DNA of 64,000 nt from Eledone cirrhosa (lineage: Eukaryota). Shown piece after piece: positions 40,447 to 53,364 of the stretch. The first letter of the stretch is position 1. Every line of letters starts with the position of its first letter. The DNA lies in the NCBI GenBank assembly GCA_964016885.1, contig OZ024740.1, forward strand, positions 424,762,001-424,826,000. Direction: 5' to 3'. The notes beneath the pieces were generated by a model, which saw nothing but the letters and a program-made list of their open reading frames with translations, was not told where the DNA came from and did no database searches. A program made the translations under genes and the position numbers.

Positions 40447-41261
40447 TAAAAACAAATAACGAAACGAAATTAAATTTCGTTTCGTTTGTAACTCACTTTT
40501 GTATGACTGACGCTTAAACAATTAAGTTAAAAATGTACATCCATATATGCATACTGAAATACTAGTATGCATATGAATACACACACGTATACATATGTAG
40601 ATGTACCAAGTCTTTCACTGGTTACTTTACTGTGAGTATCCAGCTATTCTGTATGTAAACACACAGACAAACCGGTTTTTAGAGTCATACTGGTTTTTGA
40701 GGAAACACCTTTCCTCTATTCTCCAGAAAGCCAGACAAGGAATATTGAACTAGTTTCGTTGTTGTTACAACTCATCAGCAATATTTACCTATCTACCGGC
40801 CCTTCTGGAGAATCGTAAAAGCACATATCGTTATATGCTTTTTCTATGAAAATTAGTAGTGGGCAGACTAATTTGCATAGAGTGTGAGTACGTACCGGTT
40901 CAACGGAGACGATAAAAACAAATAACGAAACGAAATTAAATTTCGTTTCGTTTGTAACTCACTTTTGTATGACTGACGCTTAAACAATTAAGTTAAAAAT
41001 GTACATCCATATATGTATACTGAAATACTAGTATGCATATGAATACACACACGTATACATATGTAGATGTACCAAGGTGTTTCCTCAAAAACCAGTATGA
41101 CTCTAAAAACCGGTTTGTCTGTTTACATACAGAATAGCTGGATACTCACAGTAAAGTAACCAGTGAAAGACTTGGTACATCTACATATGTATACGTGTGT
41201 GTATTCATATGCATACTAGTATTTCAGTATACATATATGGATGTACATTTTTAACTTAATT
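40447..41261 (-). mobile_element. ORF-less hammerhead element (family D): 466-nt monomer, 164-bp direct repeat, inverted arm
   Basis: 40447-40610 equals 40913-41076; 41075-41261 is the reverse complement of ~40521-40710; (TA)n flanks. Confidence 0.82.
40741..40785 (-). ncRNA. Minimal type I hammerhead ribozyme (family D)
   Basis: Minus strand aatattg CTGATGA gttgtaacaacaac GAAA ctagtt caatatt: 7-bp stem I, stem II gttg/caac, palindromic stem III (aactagtt). Confidence 0.85.
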
Positions 41262-41349
41262 ATATATATATATATATTGTTATACTTTGGGAGGGTCGTG
41301 TTGCATATAAAGAATCCTGCTAAACAAATTCAGAAACGAAATATATATA

Positions 41350-41502
<153 letters not shown>

Positions 41503-41599
41503 GTGTATATATATATATATATGTGTGTATATATATATATAAGTGTATATATATATATGTGTATATATATATATATATATGTGTGTGTATATATATATA

Positions 41600-41638
<39 letters not shown>

Positions 41639-41643
41639 ATATA

Positions 41644-41697
<54 letters not shown>

Positions 41698-41777
41698 TAT
41701 ATATATGTGTGCGTGTATATATATATATATATGTGTGTGTATATATATATATATGTGTGTATATATATATATATATA

Positions 41778-41884
<107 letters not shown>

Positions 41885-42218
41885 TATGAAGAGAGAAGAA
41901 ACATTTAGATATAATTAGTAATAAAATGTATCATACCTAAACTGCTCCTAGATTCCTCGACTACGTAGTTTCGTGGCATAAACAAAAACAATACATCATA
42001 AAGATATAGAGTCCTTGCGAGGTCTGCCGACTTATCAAGAGGATACCTCATTTTACTAGTCTCAAGAACGCGTCTCCACAACGTGAGAAAGAATCCCAAA
42101 AGGCGGAGGGGGAGATAATATATATATATATATAGTGAAAAATGGAACGGTAACAAAACAGAGAGGCAGTACGAACAAAGGTTTATTAGATTCGGGCTCT
42201 TGAGAATGTGGAGTGGAG

Positions 42219-42246
42219 GACGTTTCGGACATAAGCCCTTCTTCAG
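42219..42246 (-). ncRNA. Hammerhead core remnant at the end of a GT-rich decayed element (~42130-43570)
   Basis: Minus strand CTGAAGA agggc-ttat-gtcc GAAA cg TC; stem I does not pair. Confidence 0.45.
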
Positions 42247-43882
42247 GCGAAAAGTGTGTGGGAATAGAGTTCCAAAGGTGTGTAGGGGAGTGGTGGAGAG
42301 ACATTTAGAAAAAAGGGGGTGAGGGGAAACGGTGGAAGGGGTACAAATGAAAATAAATATAAAAAATAATAAAAATAAATATAAACATGAAGATAAACAA
42401 GTGGTGGAAGTGTGGGGCGTGTAGGGGTGGTGGCGGGTGGAGTGGGGAGTGGGAGGCGGGGTGTCCGAGCGGGGAGGGCTGAATGTGGTGTGTGTGAGTA
42501 GGTGTACGCGTGTGTGTGTGTGTGTATGTGAATGTGGGAGTTGGGGGAAGAACGAGGTTCCATGTTCAGGAAAAGGTGTGTGTGGGGTGGGGTGTAGGTC
42601 AGTGTGTGTGCGCGTGTGTGGATGGGGATGGGTCAGAGGAGTGGGGGAGGGGGTGAGAGGATTCCGGAGTCTGAGTCTGTAAATATGTGGTGGTACGCAC
42701 GTGTGTGTGGTGTTTATACGTATTGTGGATGTAGGTGTCGTGTGGGAAAAATATTTTTTGTGAGTGTATGTCCGTGGATAAGTTCCTAAGGTAGTTCCGT
42801 AGAGGGTGTGGTGGATTGCCGGATATTTTCCTTGTGATGCAGTTGATTCGTGGGAGCGATGTCCAATGTGTGTAATCCGGGGTTGGGTTGGTCGGAACAG
42901 GGAAGTGTGGGGTGCGCGCGCAACAGGAAGTGGTCAGAGGGTCAAGGCAGGAGGAGGGTTGTGTGTCTGTGTGTGCGGAGAGGTGGTCAGAGAGTCAGGG
43001 CATAGCAGCAGTAGGGGAGAATGGCAGGTGGAGAAAGTCGGTGTGTCAGTATGTGTGGAGGTGCGGTGGACAGGGGAGAGGATGGGTAGGTGTGAAAGGT
43101 GGAGTGGGGGGTTGTGCGGGGGGATGGGTTGTGTATTAGTAGAGGTGTTAGTGGGATGCGTGTGTGTGTGCGTGAAGGAGTGTGGGGGGAGCGGGGAGAA
43201 GGAGAGAAAGGTGTGGGGGACGGTGGAGTGAGTGTAGTGTATTAGTGTGTGTGTGCGTTGTTGGAGGGGTGTGTGTGTGTGGTGAATGGGTGTTAGTGGG
43301 TGTTAGTATACTGGTGGTGGGGAAAGGGTTGAATGCGGGTGTGTTAGTGGGGGTCAGTGGTGGTAGGGTGTGTAGAGTGGGTGGTGTAAGTGGGTGTGGC
43401 TGGGTGTGTGTGTTCGTGTGCGTGGGGTCGGGGGATGTTAGTGGTATTAGTTGTGGGGTGGTGGGAGTGGATGTGTGGGTGAGGGTTAATGGTGGTAGTA
43501 GGGTGTGTGGTTAGTGTGAGTGCGTGTATATATGTACCGGTGGGTGTGTGCGTGATAGGGAGAGGGGGGAGAGGAAGGGGGAAATACAAAGTACTATGAA
43601 AGCTTCACTTTCGATCAGTGACGTTTTGATTCGGTAAAAGTTAGTTATATAGAATGTTATAAAGTCTAAATTGACGAGACTAGAAGAAATAACATCACAA
43701 GTCACTATCTATCATTCTGGTGAGGTCACATGACTTCAACAATGCATAAAAAGGAATCGAATTACATAGACGTGTGCATGAATGTGCGTATATATATGTG
43801 TGTATATATGTATAGATATATATGTATGTATATATGTATGTAGGCATGTGTATATACATGCATGCACGTATGTCTGTCTACA

Positions 43883-43985
<103 letters not shown>

Positions 43986-44008
43986 CAATCACTTTTTCTC
44001 CCCCCCCC

Positions 44009-44061
<53 letters not shown>

Positions 44062-44579
44062 GAGAGAGAGAGAGAGAGATAGAGAGAGGGAGAGAAAGTG
44101 TGAGATGCCTGTGTATGCATGTATGTATGCATGTGTGTGTACGTGCTTATGTGTGTATATATACATAGAAGAACTAAAATATAGAACTTCGAGAAAAAAG
44201 TGAACTAAAAACGAACCTTGTTTTCTCAAAGTGATGTTAGCAGATAAAATTCCTTATAGCCTCTCACACTTTCATCTTTTTCACCTTGTACCGTCTGTAG
44301 ACGGGCCGTCGCCATTGAAAAAATAGTCAGATGTGACGTTTCCATTTTCTTCCTAGGAGGGTGAACGCTTTTGCCAAGTATTCTTCCAAATGGATTCCAT
44401 CAAAAATCTGTAAAAAGCAGTGACGTCAGTCATTCACTTGTGCCAAAACTTACTCATACACCTGTCAGCAAGCTTTCTCTCTCTGTGCAACTGTATTTTC
44501 TCCTACACTTCACTGAGACAACAGCCAATGACCTATGCAAGGTGTTCGCTTCAGCTTTCCCTGCCGACCACACATACAG

Positions 44580-44692
<113 letters not shown>

Positions 44693-44703
44693 GATATATA
44701 TAA

Positions 44704-44789
<86 letters not shown>

Positions 44790-44794
44790 TAATA

Positions 44795-44840
<46 letters not shown>

Positions 44841-44921
44841 ATATATATATGTGTATATATATATATGCATATATATATATACGTATACACGTACACACAC
44901 ATACACATATATATATGCATG

Positions 44922-44999
<78 letters not shown>

Positions 45000-45191
45000 G
45001 GCATTCAGGCAGGCTGCGGTTGAGGTGTTAGATGTCAAAAGTCAATTCCATCTGTCCATCTAAAAACCTTCAACATCTAGCGAGGAATTGACAGCTTCGC
45101 AGAAAGTTTTCCTGATGTTCCAATTCTCTCTTAAGGAAGGTTCAATATTGGTTTTAACTTGTCTTATTTTCCTTTTTTTTTACAACTCTAC

Positions 45192-45238
<47 letters not shown>

Positions 45239-45391
45239 GCATCTTCAACTATATGTTTGTCTTAATATCACACTTTGAGACTATTTCTCGCCGCTCTGCT
45301 TTTCTTTGAGTACTTCTTCAAGGCACGAGTGATCGGCGTCAGTAGAGGGGTGGTGATAGATCGGTACATCAAGTTTTATACATAAATGGCC

Positions 45392-45434
<43 letters not shown>

Positions 45435-47466
45435 GTCTGTTTATGGTGTCAGGAAAGGAAAAACGATAAGGACAACACATCTATAACAATTCTTTTCTGA
45501 TGTCACAAAAAATTACTAAAACACACATCTTAACAGTAGAAAGATGTAGCGAGAAAAAACGAAGGGGAGTGAGCCACGTTGAGTAACTGTGAGCTTGAAG
45601 TGTTGCTAATACAACATAGTTTCAAATCCTGGTTACGTATATTTAATTTATTTTTCCTCATTAAACTCCCAGTAAATGAAGAACCATTTCGTTTATCACA
45701 TTCAAGCTTTTCTCCTCCTATATGGTGACTACCAGGAACCAGATTTGTTTTCGTCACCCACCACTAATCCTTCTCACTGGAGAACATTGACCAAAGCAGT
45801 GGTGTTTTTCTTGATACAAACAGTCTTTGAGCATGAATAACATAAACAAATACCTAGCTATATTGACTGCATGTTTATTTAGTATTTAGTCAGGAAAGGT
45901 TAATGCCCTAATATTTTTCAGGGCATCTGAGATTGGAGGAATTTGGGAAGAATTTATTCCCAATCAGAGACATGGCTCAACATCTTGCAACTGAACGGAC
46001 AAAATGAGATGATAGGACTGGGTCCCTATCATTAAATTACCCAAGACACCTCCAACGAGATATACCTTGGAGGACGCCAGCTAAACCTGCATAGGTGTGA
46101 GCTGTCACAAACATAGACAACTGAACGGACTCCGATAAATGCAGCCAAATGTAAGGTGGTGGCGTTTAACTGGATAAAAGTCTACAACCCTATCAGCTCA
46201 TTTAAACTTACAGCACAAAGAGCCGAAAGAAATTTATCAAAGTATTTTGTCCTCGATTGCCAATCTATTCTTATCACCTAGCATATCTTGGAACGAAAGT
46301 TTCATGTTAATAACATCCCTTACAGGGCGGGCCCGTGGAACTCAATTTGACCAAAATTCCAGCAAACTTTACGTATTCTAAAGTCCACATATATTTCCCA
46401 TTCTTCTCTAAAATATTCACTGTCCTTATTTTAAATTTCTGGACTTGATTACATGTACATAAACCGTTTTACTGACCACCTTCCTGTATAGCTCCGAGTC
46501 ATGGGTTACTTACCAGTCCCTGAGTATTTTACCCAGCAATACTTTAGCACCATCCGCAACATTCGCAATTTACCCGTGGGCTTACGAAAGAGAATATACC
46601 ATTTCTATCGTTTAGAAAATATTTTCTTAAGTGATAAGTGTTGCTGACTAGAGACTAGTTTTTTTTCTACTTCCTTAATTTTAAGTTTCATTGCATTTAA
46701 AACCAATCTAAAGCTAGTTCATCTATAGGGGTAGTATTAACAAACATCGTACTTTGGTATGTTCTGTTGTCATACTATGCGTTGCTCTATTCCGTCTTTT
46801 CCTTATCGTCTCTATTCCACCCTATAATTCACTTCTATACATAAGGAACACTCTATTTCTTGCATTTCTTTAATAGTTTTCAAATTTACACTGGCTCCTT
46901 TGTAGACTCTGATCCTTCCCCTTTCATTGTACCCAGAAAATTGCATTCGGTGGAGCAGGTGTTGTGTTGTGTGTCTCATTCCAGCTCTTTAGGTTGTTGA
47001 TTTTCAGGTTGTCTCAAATCGTAGAACCAGATATTTGGAGGTCATGGATTAGACGTAAAGTAATATTAAGTTTTTAATGATATTTATTCGAAATCAAAAT
47101 TGGGTTATATTTTCAATATAAAATTCGTTTAAAATATATTTCTCTAATATTCGTTTCTGCTTCATTTAGCGTCATCAGTAGGAAATAATCAAAGTTCATT
47201 AAATTCACGTCACATGTACTAAATAAAATTGATCCAAGGTCGATAGAAAGAGTAAAGATCATGAGAGTCAAATAAAAGCAAGCTCAGGTGTTTGATGGTA
47301 AGTTAATTTGGTTTGTAGTTTATTATTGATTGGGTAGATAGAAAGAAAAGGTGAGAAATATAGATTAACGTAACCTACAGTTTGGAGATTTCTTAAAATC
47401 CGTCTCAATATTTTCTAACTTTATTCCTCAGACCTACCTTTATTATATATATATATAGACGCATAC

Positions 47467-47657
47467 GGCGGTGGGTTGGCAGTATCGGTAGAGGGTCGCA
47501 CGCCATGCTTTGAAGCAAAGAGTTACGGCCCTTTATGGTCTGAGTTCAAATCCCGCCGAGGGTAACTTTGCCTTTCATCCTTACGGGGTCGATAAAATAA
47601 AGTACCAGTAATACACTGGGATAATTGCTGGCCTTGTGCCAAAAGTAGAAACCATTA
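47467..47657 (+). mobile_element. tRNA-SINE, full-length copy
   Basis: ggcggtgggttggcagtatcgg...gagttcaaatccc...gtagaaacc. Confidence 0.88.
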
Positions 47658-48418
47658 TATATATATAGAAAGATTTATAGAAAGATTGAAGTGAAGAAGG
47701 AAACAGAGACAGGTGATGTACAAGACAAACTCACACACCCTCACCCTCACCAACTCTCAAACCAGTAAAATGGTCTCACTCGATCCAACTAAGAGTACCA
47801 TTTTAGAACGCTGGATTATGCAAGAAAAACAAATCTCTCTGCCGGCAAGATGTGTGACAAAACAAACAGCACAGATAGATGGACGAAAGAAGACAAAGAA
47901 AAGAAAACAACAGGATAGTGCACCAACATATTTCTTGTCGTCCTCCTCTTTCAACCTTTTCTCAACAAGATATGATTTCTGCTCCGTTAACCTGGCTTCA
48001 GTGGTTTCACAAAAGCTTAAATTTGTCATTCTCTAACACCATTTCTGGCTCATACCATTTAGTTTGTTTAACAAACCCAGATTTCTCGGATACCATCCAT
48101 TGAATATATCTGGCAACATGACAAATGAGTCCGAACTCCCACTGTCATCGCCTCCACCTCTCTCACCCTCCCCATCTCTCTGTATTATGAGCAAATGGGG
48201 TCCCACGGGCTGGCCGCCCCACAGCCCCGGCGGACAGAATGGAGAAGGCGTTTCCCGGAGGATGGTAAGGGAGACGCGCTGGAAGAGCCTAGCTGTCACC
48301 CGCCTCGTGGGATCACTCCATGTCGGCCACTGGCCTCTGGTCTCTGTCTTCTGAGGCATTTGGTTGTTTTGGCGGTTGTTCTGGTGATGTCTTTCTCATT
48401 TTTATTCGAATATATATA

Positions 48419-48526
<108 letters not shown>

Positions 48527-48595
48527 CGTTATATATATATATATATATATATACATATATATATAAACGTTATATATATATACGTTATATAAATA

Positions 48596-51500
48596 CGCTA
48601 ATTTACCACTCTGGAAAAACACATCCCAAGTAATTACTTGGTTTACTAATATTGAAAATAAATCCTCTGCTTCATTTCTACAATTCGATATAGATGCATA
48701 TTATTCCTCTATATCACCCATACTCCTGAACAAAGCCTTGATATTTGCCAAAAATGGATCAGACTTAACTATGGATGACATTAATATTATCACGCACGCT
48801 AGACAAACACTACTTGAATTTCAGAGGAGTATTGGACCAGAAATACATATAGTAATCTCTTCGACATAACTATGGGCTCTAGTGATTCTGCCCAAATTAC
48901 CGATCTTGTGGGCTTTTTTCTTCTATTTAACATTAATTCATCTTTTCCCCCACCTTAAAGGTGGTTTATATCGTGATGACTGTCTTCTTCTATCCACTAA
49001 TCTTAGACTATCGGAAATTGAAATAAATAAAAAAAACTTAGAAATTTCCTCAAAGACTATTATAATCTCACTATTACATTTGAAAACACCAGTAAAATAG
49101 TCAATTTCCTAGAAATAACTATGGAGCTATCTACAAGTATCTTACCATAAACCTAACCAAACCATAAACCTAACCAAAACTTGCATTACATACACTCACA
49201 ATCTAATCACCCTAAATCTACCCTTAAAAACCTAGCATATAATATCTCACTCAGAATATCTAACCTTTCATCAAATCATGATGTATTCGATAAAAACGCG
49301 CCCTTTTATAATGAAGCTTTAGCTAGAAGCGGCCACAAAAACAAATTAGTCTATACACCTTGCACCAATAATACTTGAAACATTCAACCTAATATTACCA
49401 ACAAACACCAAATGAAAAACCCACACCTAAACGCCACTCATACTACACCTAAAAACACCAACCCAAAACTTAATTTCTCTACCTCTTCTCACATAAAAGA
49501 TAATGACTTTCAGAAAACCATTCACCCTAAAACTCTTACAAACGTCAACAATATAACTAACAAAATTTATAGTAATCAGACTAAAACATCTATTAATCTA
49601 ACTAAACCTATATATAATAAAATCACTAATAGTAACTCTCTCAGTAAACCTCCCGATACATCATATAAATATAAGAAACAATGTCGAAACCGTAATAGAC
49701 GAGTTACTTGGTATAATGCTCCATTTAATCTACAGATTAAAGACCATATCCGTAAAAATTCTTTGCTATCCTAGAGAAAAATTTCCCACCAAACCATAAA
49801 TACCATCAAATTTGAAATAGATCTACTGTCAAATTTTCCTACTCCACTACCAAGAATATACAACAGAATATAAGTGCGTACAACACATATAAGTGTAAAA
49901 AAACATAAATATACCACCAACACATCAAACCAACCATAATAACACTAAAATACACCTAAACAAACCACCTTCTTCTTCACCTATAATAGGTCCCGTAAAC
50001 TCCACACCAACTTTGACTAATAATCTCCAAAACAAACAGAGTTCTACTAGCTCTACATCCCCTAAACTATCACCCCCCAACAACCTATCTAACCATACTA
50101 ATCTAATTACAACCCATTCTAAACCATACATTAATGAAAATAGTAATACTAATACCACTATAGATAACACAATTAACTCTCCTGATACAATATTTACGAA
50201 TGGCTGTAACTGTAGAATCAAAAGAAATTGCCCATTAAAGGGAAATTGTCTTATTAATAACATAGTATATAAATGTAAAGTTAGCACTAAGGACTCCACT
50301 TATTCATATATAGGAGCTACTTGTAACTAATTTAAAGTAAGATTTAATACCCATAAACATAGTTTTAAAAATGCCGCATTAGCTAATACAACATCCTTGG
50401 CTGAAGCACTTAATAATTATTGAAAGAAGGATATTGATTACAACCTGACCTGGAGCGTGCTCAAAAGGGCCACTCCTTATCAAAATAGTAGATATGAGTG
50501 TAGGTTATGCTCCCAAGAACTATTCGAAATCATGAAATCTAATGATATCCTATTAAATAAGCGACATGAGTTAATTATATCATGCAATCATAGAATTAGA
50601 AAAACCTTCAAATACTATAAACTTAATTAATATATACCTCACTCTTATATTTTACAAATTATTATAATTAATTTAAAAAAAAAATTTAATTTAGTTTACC
50701 TATAATTAAATATTTACTACAAAGAATTTCATAATTTTATTTTTTTCTCTTGCAGCTCACTTTATCTAAAGTTATCTTTAACCTCACTACTTCTTTTAAC
50801 CGCTTCCCCTATCTATCACATTCATTACCTATGATTAGTAATTATAATTAATATCTTTAATATTATGGTTGTTTAGATAGATACACTACTTTTTATAAAA
50901 TTTTATCTATTTCAGTCTTTCTATATATATATTTTTTATAATTAAAACAAATTTTTTTTTACTTCTTTGTTTATCACATCCATAAGAATTAATATAATTT
51001 TAACTCTGTAAGTATACCTATCAATTAATTTAATTTCCTTTTATGTATCTAGGTTCCTTAAAATTTAAACAGGAGTAGTATTTCTCACTAACACTCTCAT
51101 CCCACAAAAAATTATTTTTCCTATGCTTTTAACAACATTCTTTACTAACATCAATTTTTTTTTTTGTGAATCCTTCACTATCTCATTAACTTGACCTCAT
51201 TTTGACCCCTACCTTTTAACCCCTACCTTTCTCTTTTCATTCAAAGCATAAATTTACATTCCTCCACTCCTAGCATAAAGTTTCTACTACGGTTATTCTA
51301 TCAATTTGACCTATAACTCTTTTCTATTGGTCAATTCAAAACCTATTCCCAAACAGATTTTTTGTATTAATACTTTCTTTCAATAAACATACTTCATCAT
51401 TTGTGAAGATGGCATATATAAGTGAAGGTATGTATATCTCCTCTGATAATTTGTAATATTTTTTTACATAGATCTTTAATATGATATACATACCATAAAT

Positions 51501-51600
51501 ATCCCAGAAACGATCGTAAAATGATGATTTTTTTTAAATATAAGGAACCTGTTCTTTGTTTTTATTTCATTGTTTTTATTAACTTATCTTGACTCTGTTT
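48596..51600 (+). mobile_element. Degraded, 5'-truncated Penelope-like (Naiad-type) element
   Basis: [91 protein letters not shown]; many frameshifts; the 3' boundary is approximate. Confidence 0.88.
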
Positions 51601-51718
51601 TCCTATAATTTTTATCGTTAAATTTTGAATGCATTTTCTCTTTTCATGATATCTTCTGTATTTGGATTACATTGAGTTCTTCATACGGATTGGACACTAC
51701 CGTATATTTTGGTAAATT

Positions 51719-51775
<57 letters not shown>

Positions 51776-51841
51776 ACGTACACACACACACACACACACA
51801 CACATACACACACACACATACACACACACACACACGTACGT

Positions 51842-51912
<71 letters not shown>

Positions 51913-52416
51913 AGTGTGTGTGTGTATGTGTGTGTTTGTGCATTTATAATTTTCATGATTATATTTCCACAACTGGTACACCAACCCGTTCTGGTAGTTT
52001 ATAATCGCCACTAATCTCTCTTCTCCGCCAAACCTCAAGGGGTTACAGAGCTGAGATCTGTGTCGTTGGATCAGGGTATATATTTATTTGTCGGCCTATA
52101 TGTTTGCCTGTGGACAAACTGCAGTCCGTTTGGCTTTTTAAATGACACACCCGATGAAACATTACATTAAGTTTCTTTTAGTAATGCGGCCCTACTTGAT
52201 GATGAACTACATCCCATGCGGTCCACTGTTCGGAAATAGTTGCCCACCTCTGCTCTAGAGAATGGCTTTGGGACAGGTAGTCGTGGCGGTATATATGTTC
52301 GTACCAACCCAACTTTTGTCCTTTGACTATTATAAACAAAGGTTGCTCCCTGCCTATATGTTTGGTATTTGCACACACACACACATACATATGTATATAT
52401 TCCATTACCATTGTAA

Positions 52417-52505
52417 GGCGTCTGACGAGCCGCAGCTTACAGAGTTGGGATAGATCGATACAAATCGAACCTTGAGCTGTTCAGTGGCGAAACGCACGTC
52501 ACCAA
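52417..52505 (+). ncRNA. Type I hammerhead ribozyme (family E) in an ORF-less segment ending at (TA)n (~52659)
   Basis: CTGACGA, stem II gccgc/gtggc with a long insert, GAAA, stem III cg-ca-cg, GTC; AATAAA just downstream; weak stem I. Confidence 0.65.
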
Positions 52506-52657
52506 CCAATAAATGTAATGAAGGAGTAACCAATCATCCTTGTTATTTTATTTCACTATAATACACTCTGTATATCTCTACACCTCGACACTGAAGTGAA
52601 CCTAAACATCGAGTGCTCACCCGGGTGAACCTACAGTAACTCCAGGTTACACCCCCT

Positions 52658-52698
<41 letters not shown>

Positions 52699-52714
52699 TT
52701 TATATATATATATT

Positions 52715-52765
<51 letters not shown>

Positions 52766-52772
52766 AATATAT

Positions 52773-52861
<89 letters not shown>

Positions 52862-53364
52862 GTGGGAAAGTAAAAAATCGGAGAATAGACCGTTAAAACA
52901 TGTTTATTTAAAATATCACCTACGTACGTTTCGCCCAGTTGGGCTTCTCAAGGGCATAAATAATCACAAGTGTTCCTTATATTGCCCGGAAAGAGTTTTT
53001 GGGGTTAAATCCACATCAAGGTTCATTGCTCGCAAAAATATCTTGTTTTGATTTTGCAGCAGGTCAAGGGAGAAGCCCAACTGGGCGAAACGTACGTAGG
53101 TGATATTTTAAATAAACATGTTTTAACGGTCTATTCTCCGATTTTTTACTTTCCCATGTGCTTACGCTCTGCTAACTCTCTAGCCCACTAAATATTAACA
53201 CTTCGAATATTTAATACTGTCGGCACTAGTATCGAGCACCTTTGGCATACGCTACTTGGCAAATAACTATATGTATCACCTATCCCCCCTTTTTTCTCTT
53301 TCTCGATACGTAAATACTATATTACCGCGCTCCTTTTGTAGAGCATCTCACCTTATTTGCCATT

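Noticed and set aside
42437-43589. Gly/Val/Cys-rich ORFs
   Set aside because: GT-rich low-complexity sequence with no recognisable domain.
47467-47560. tRNA gene
   Set aside because: A/B boxes belong to the SINE head; no cloverleaf, and it continues into the SINE body.
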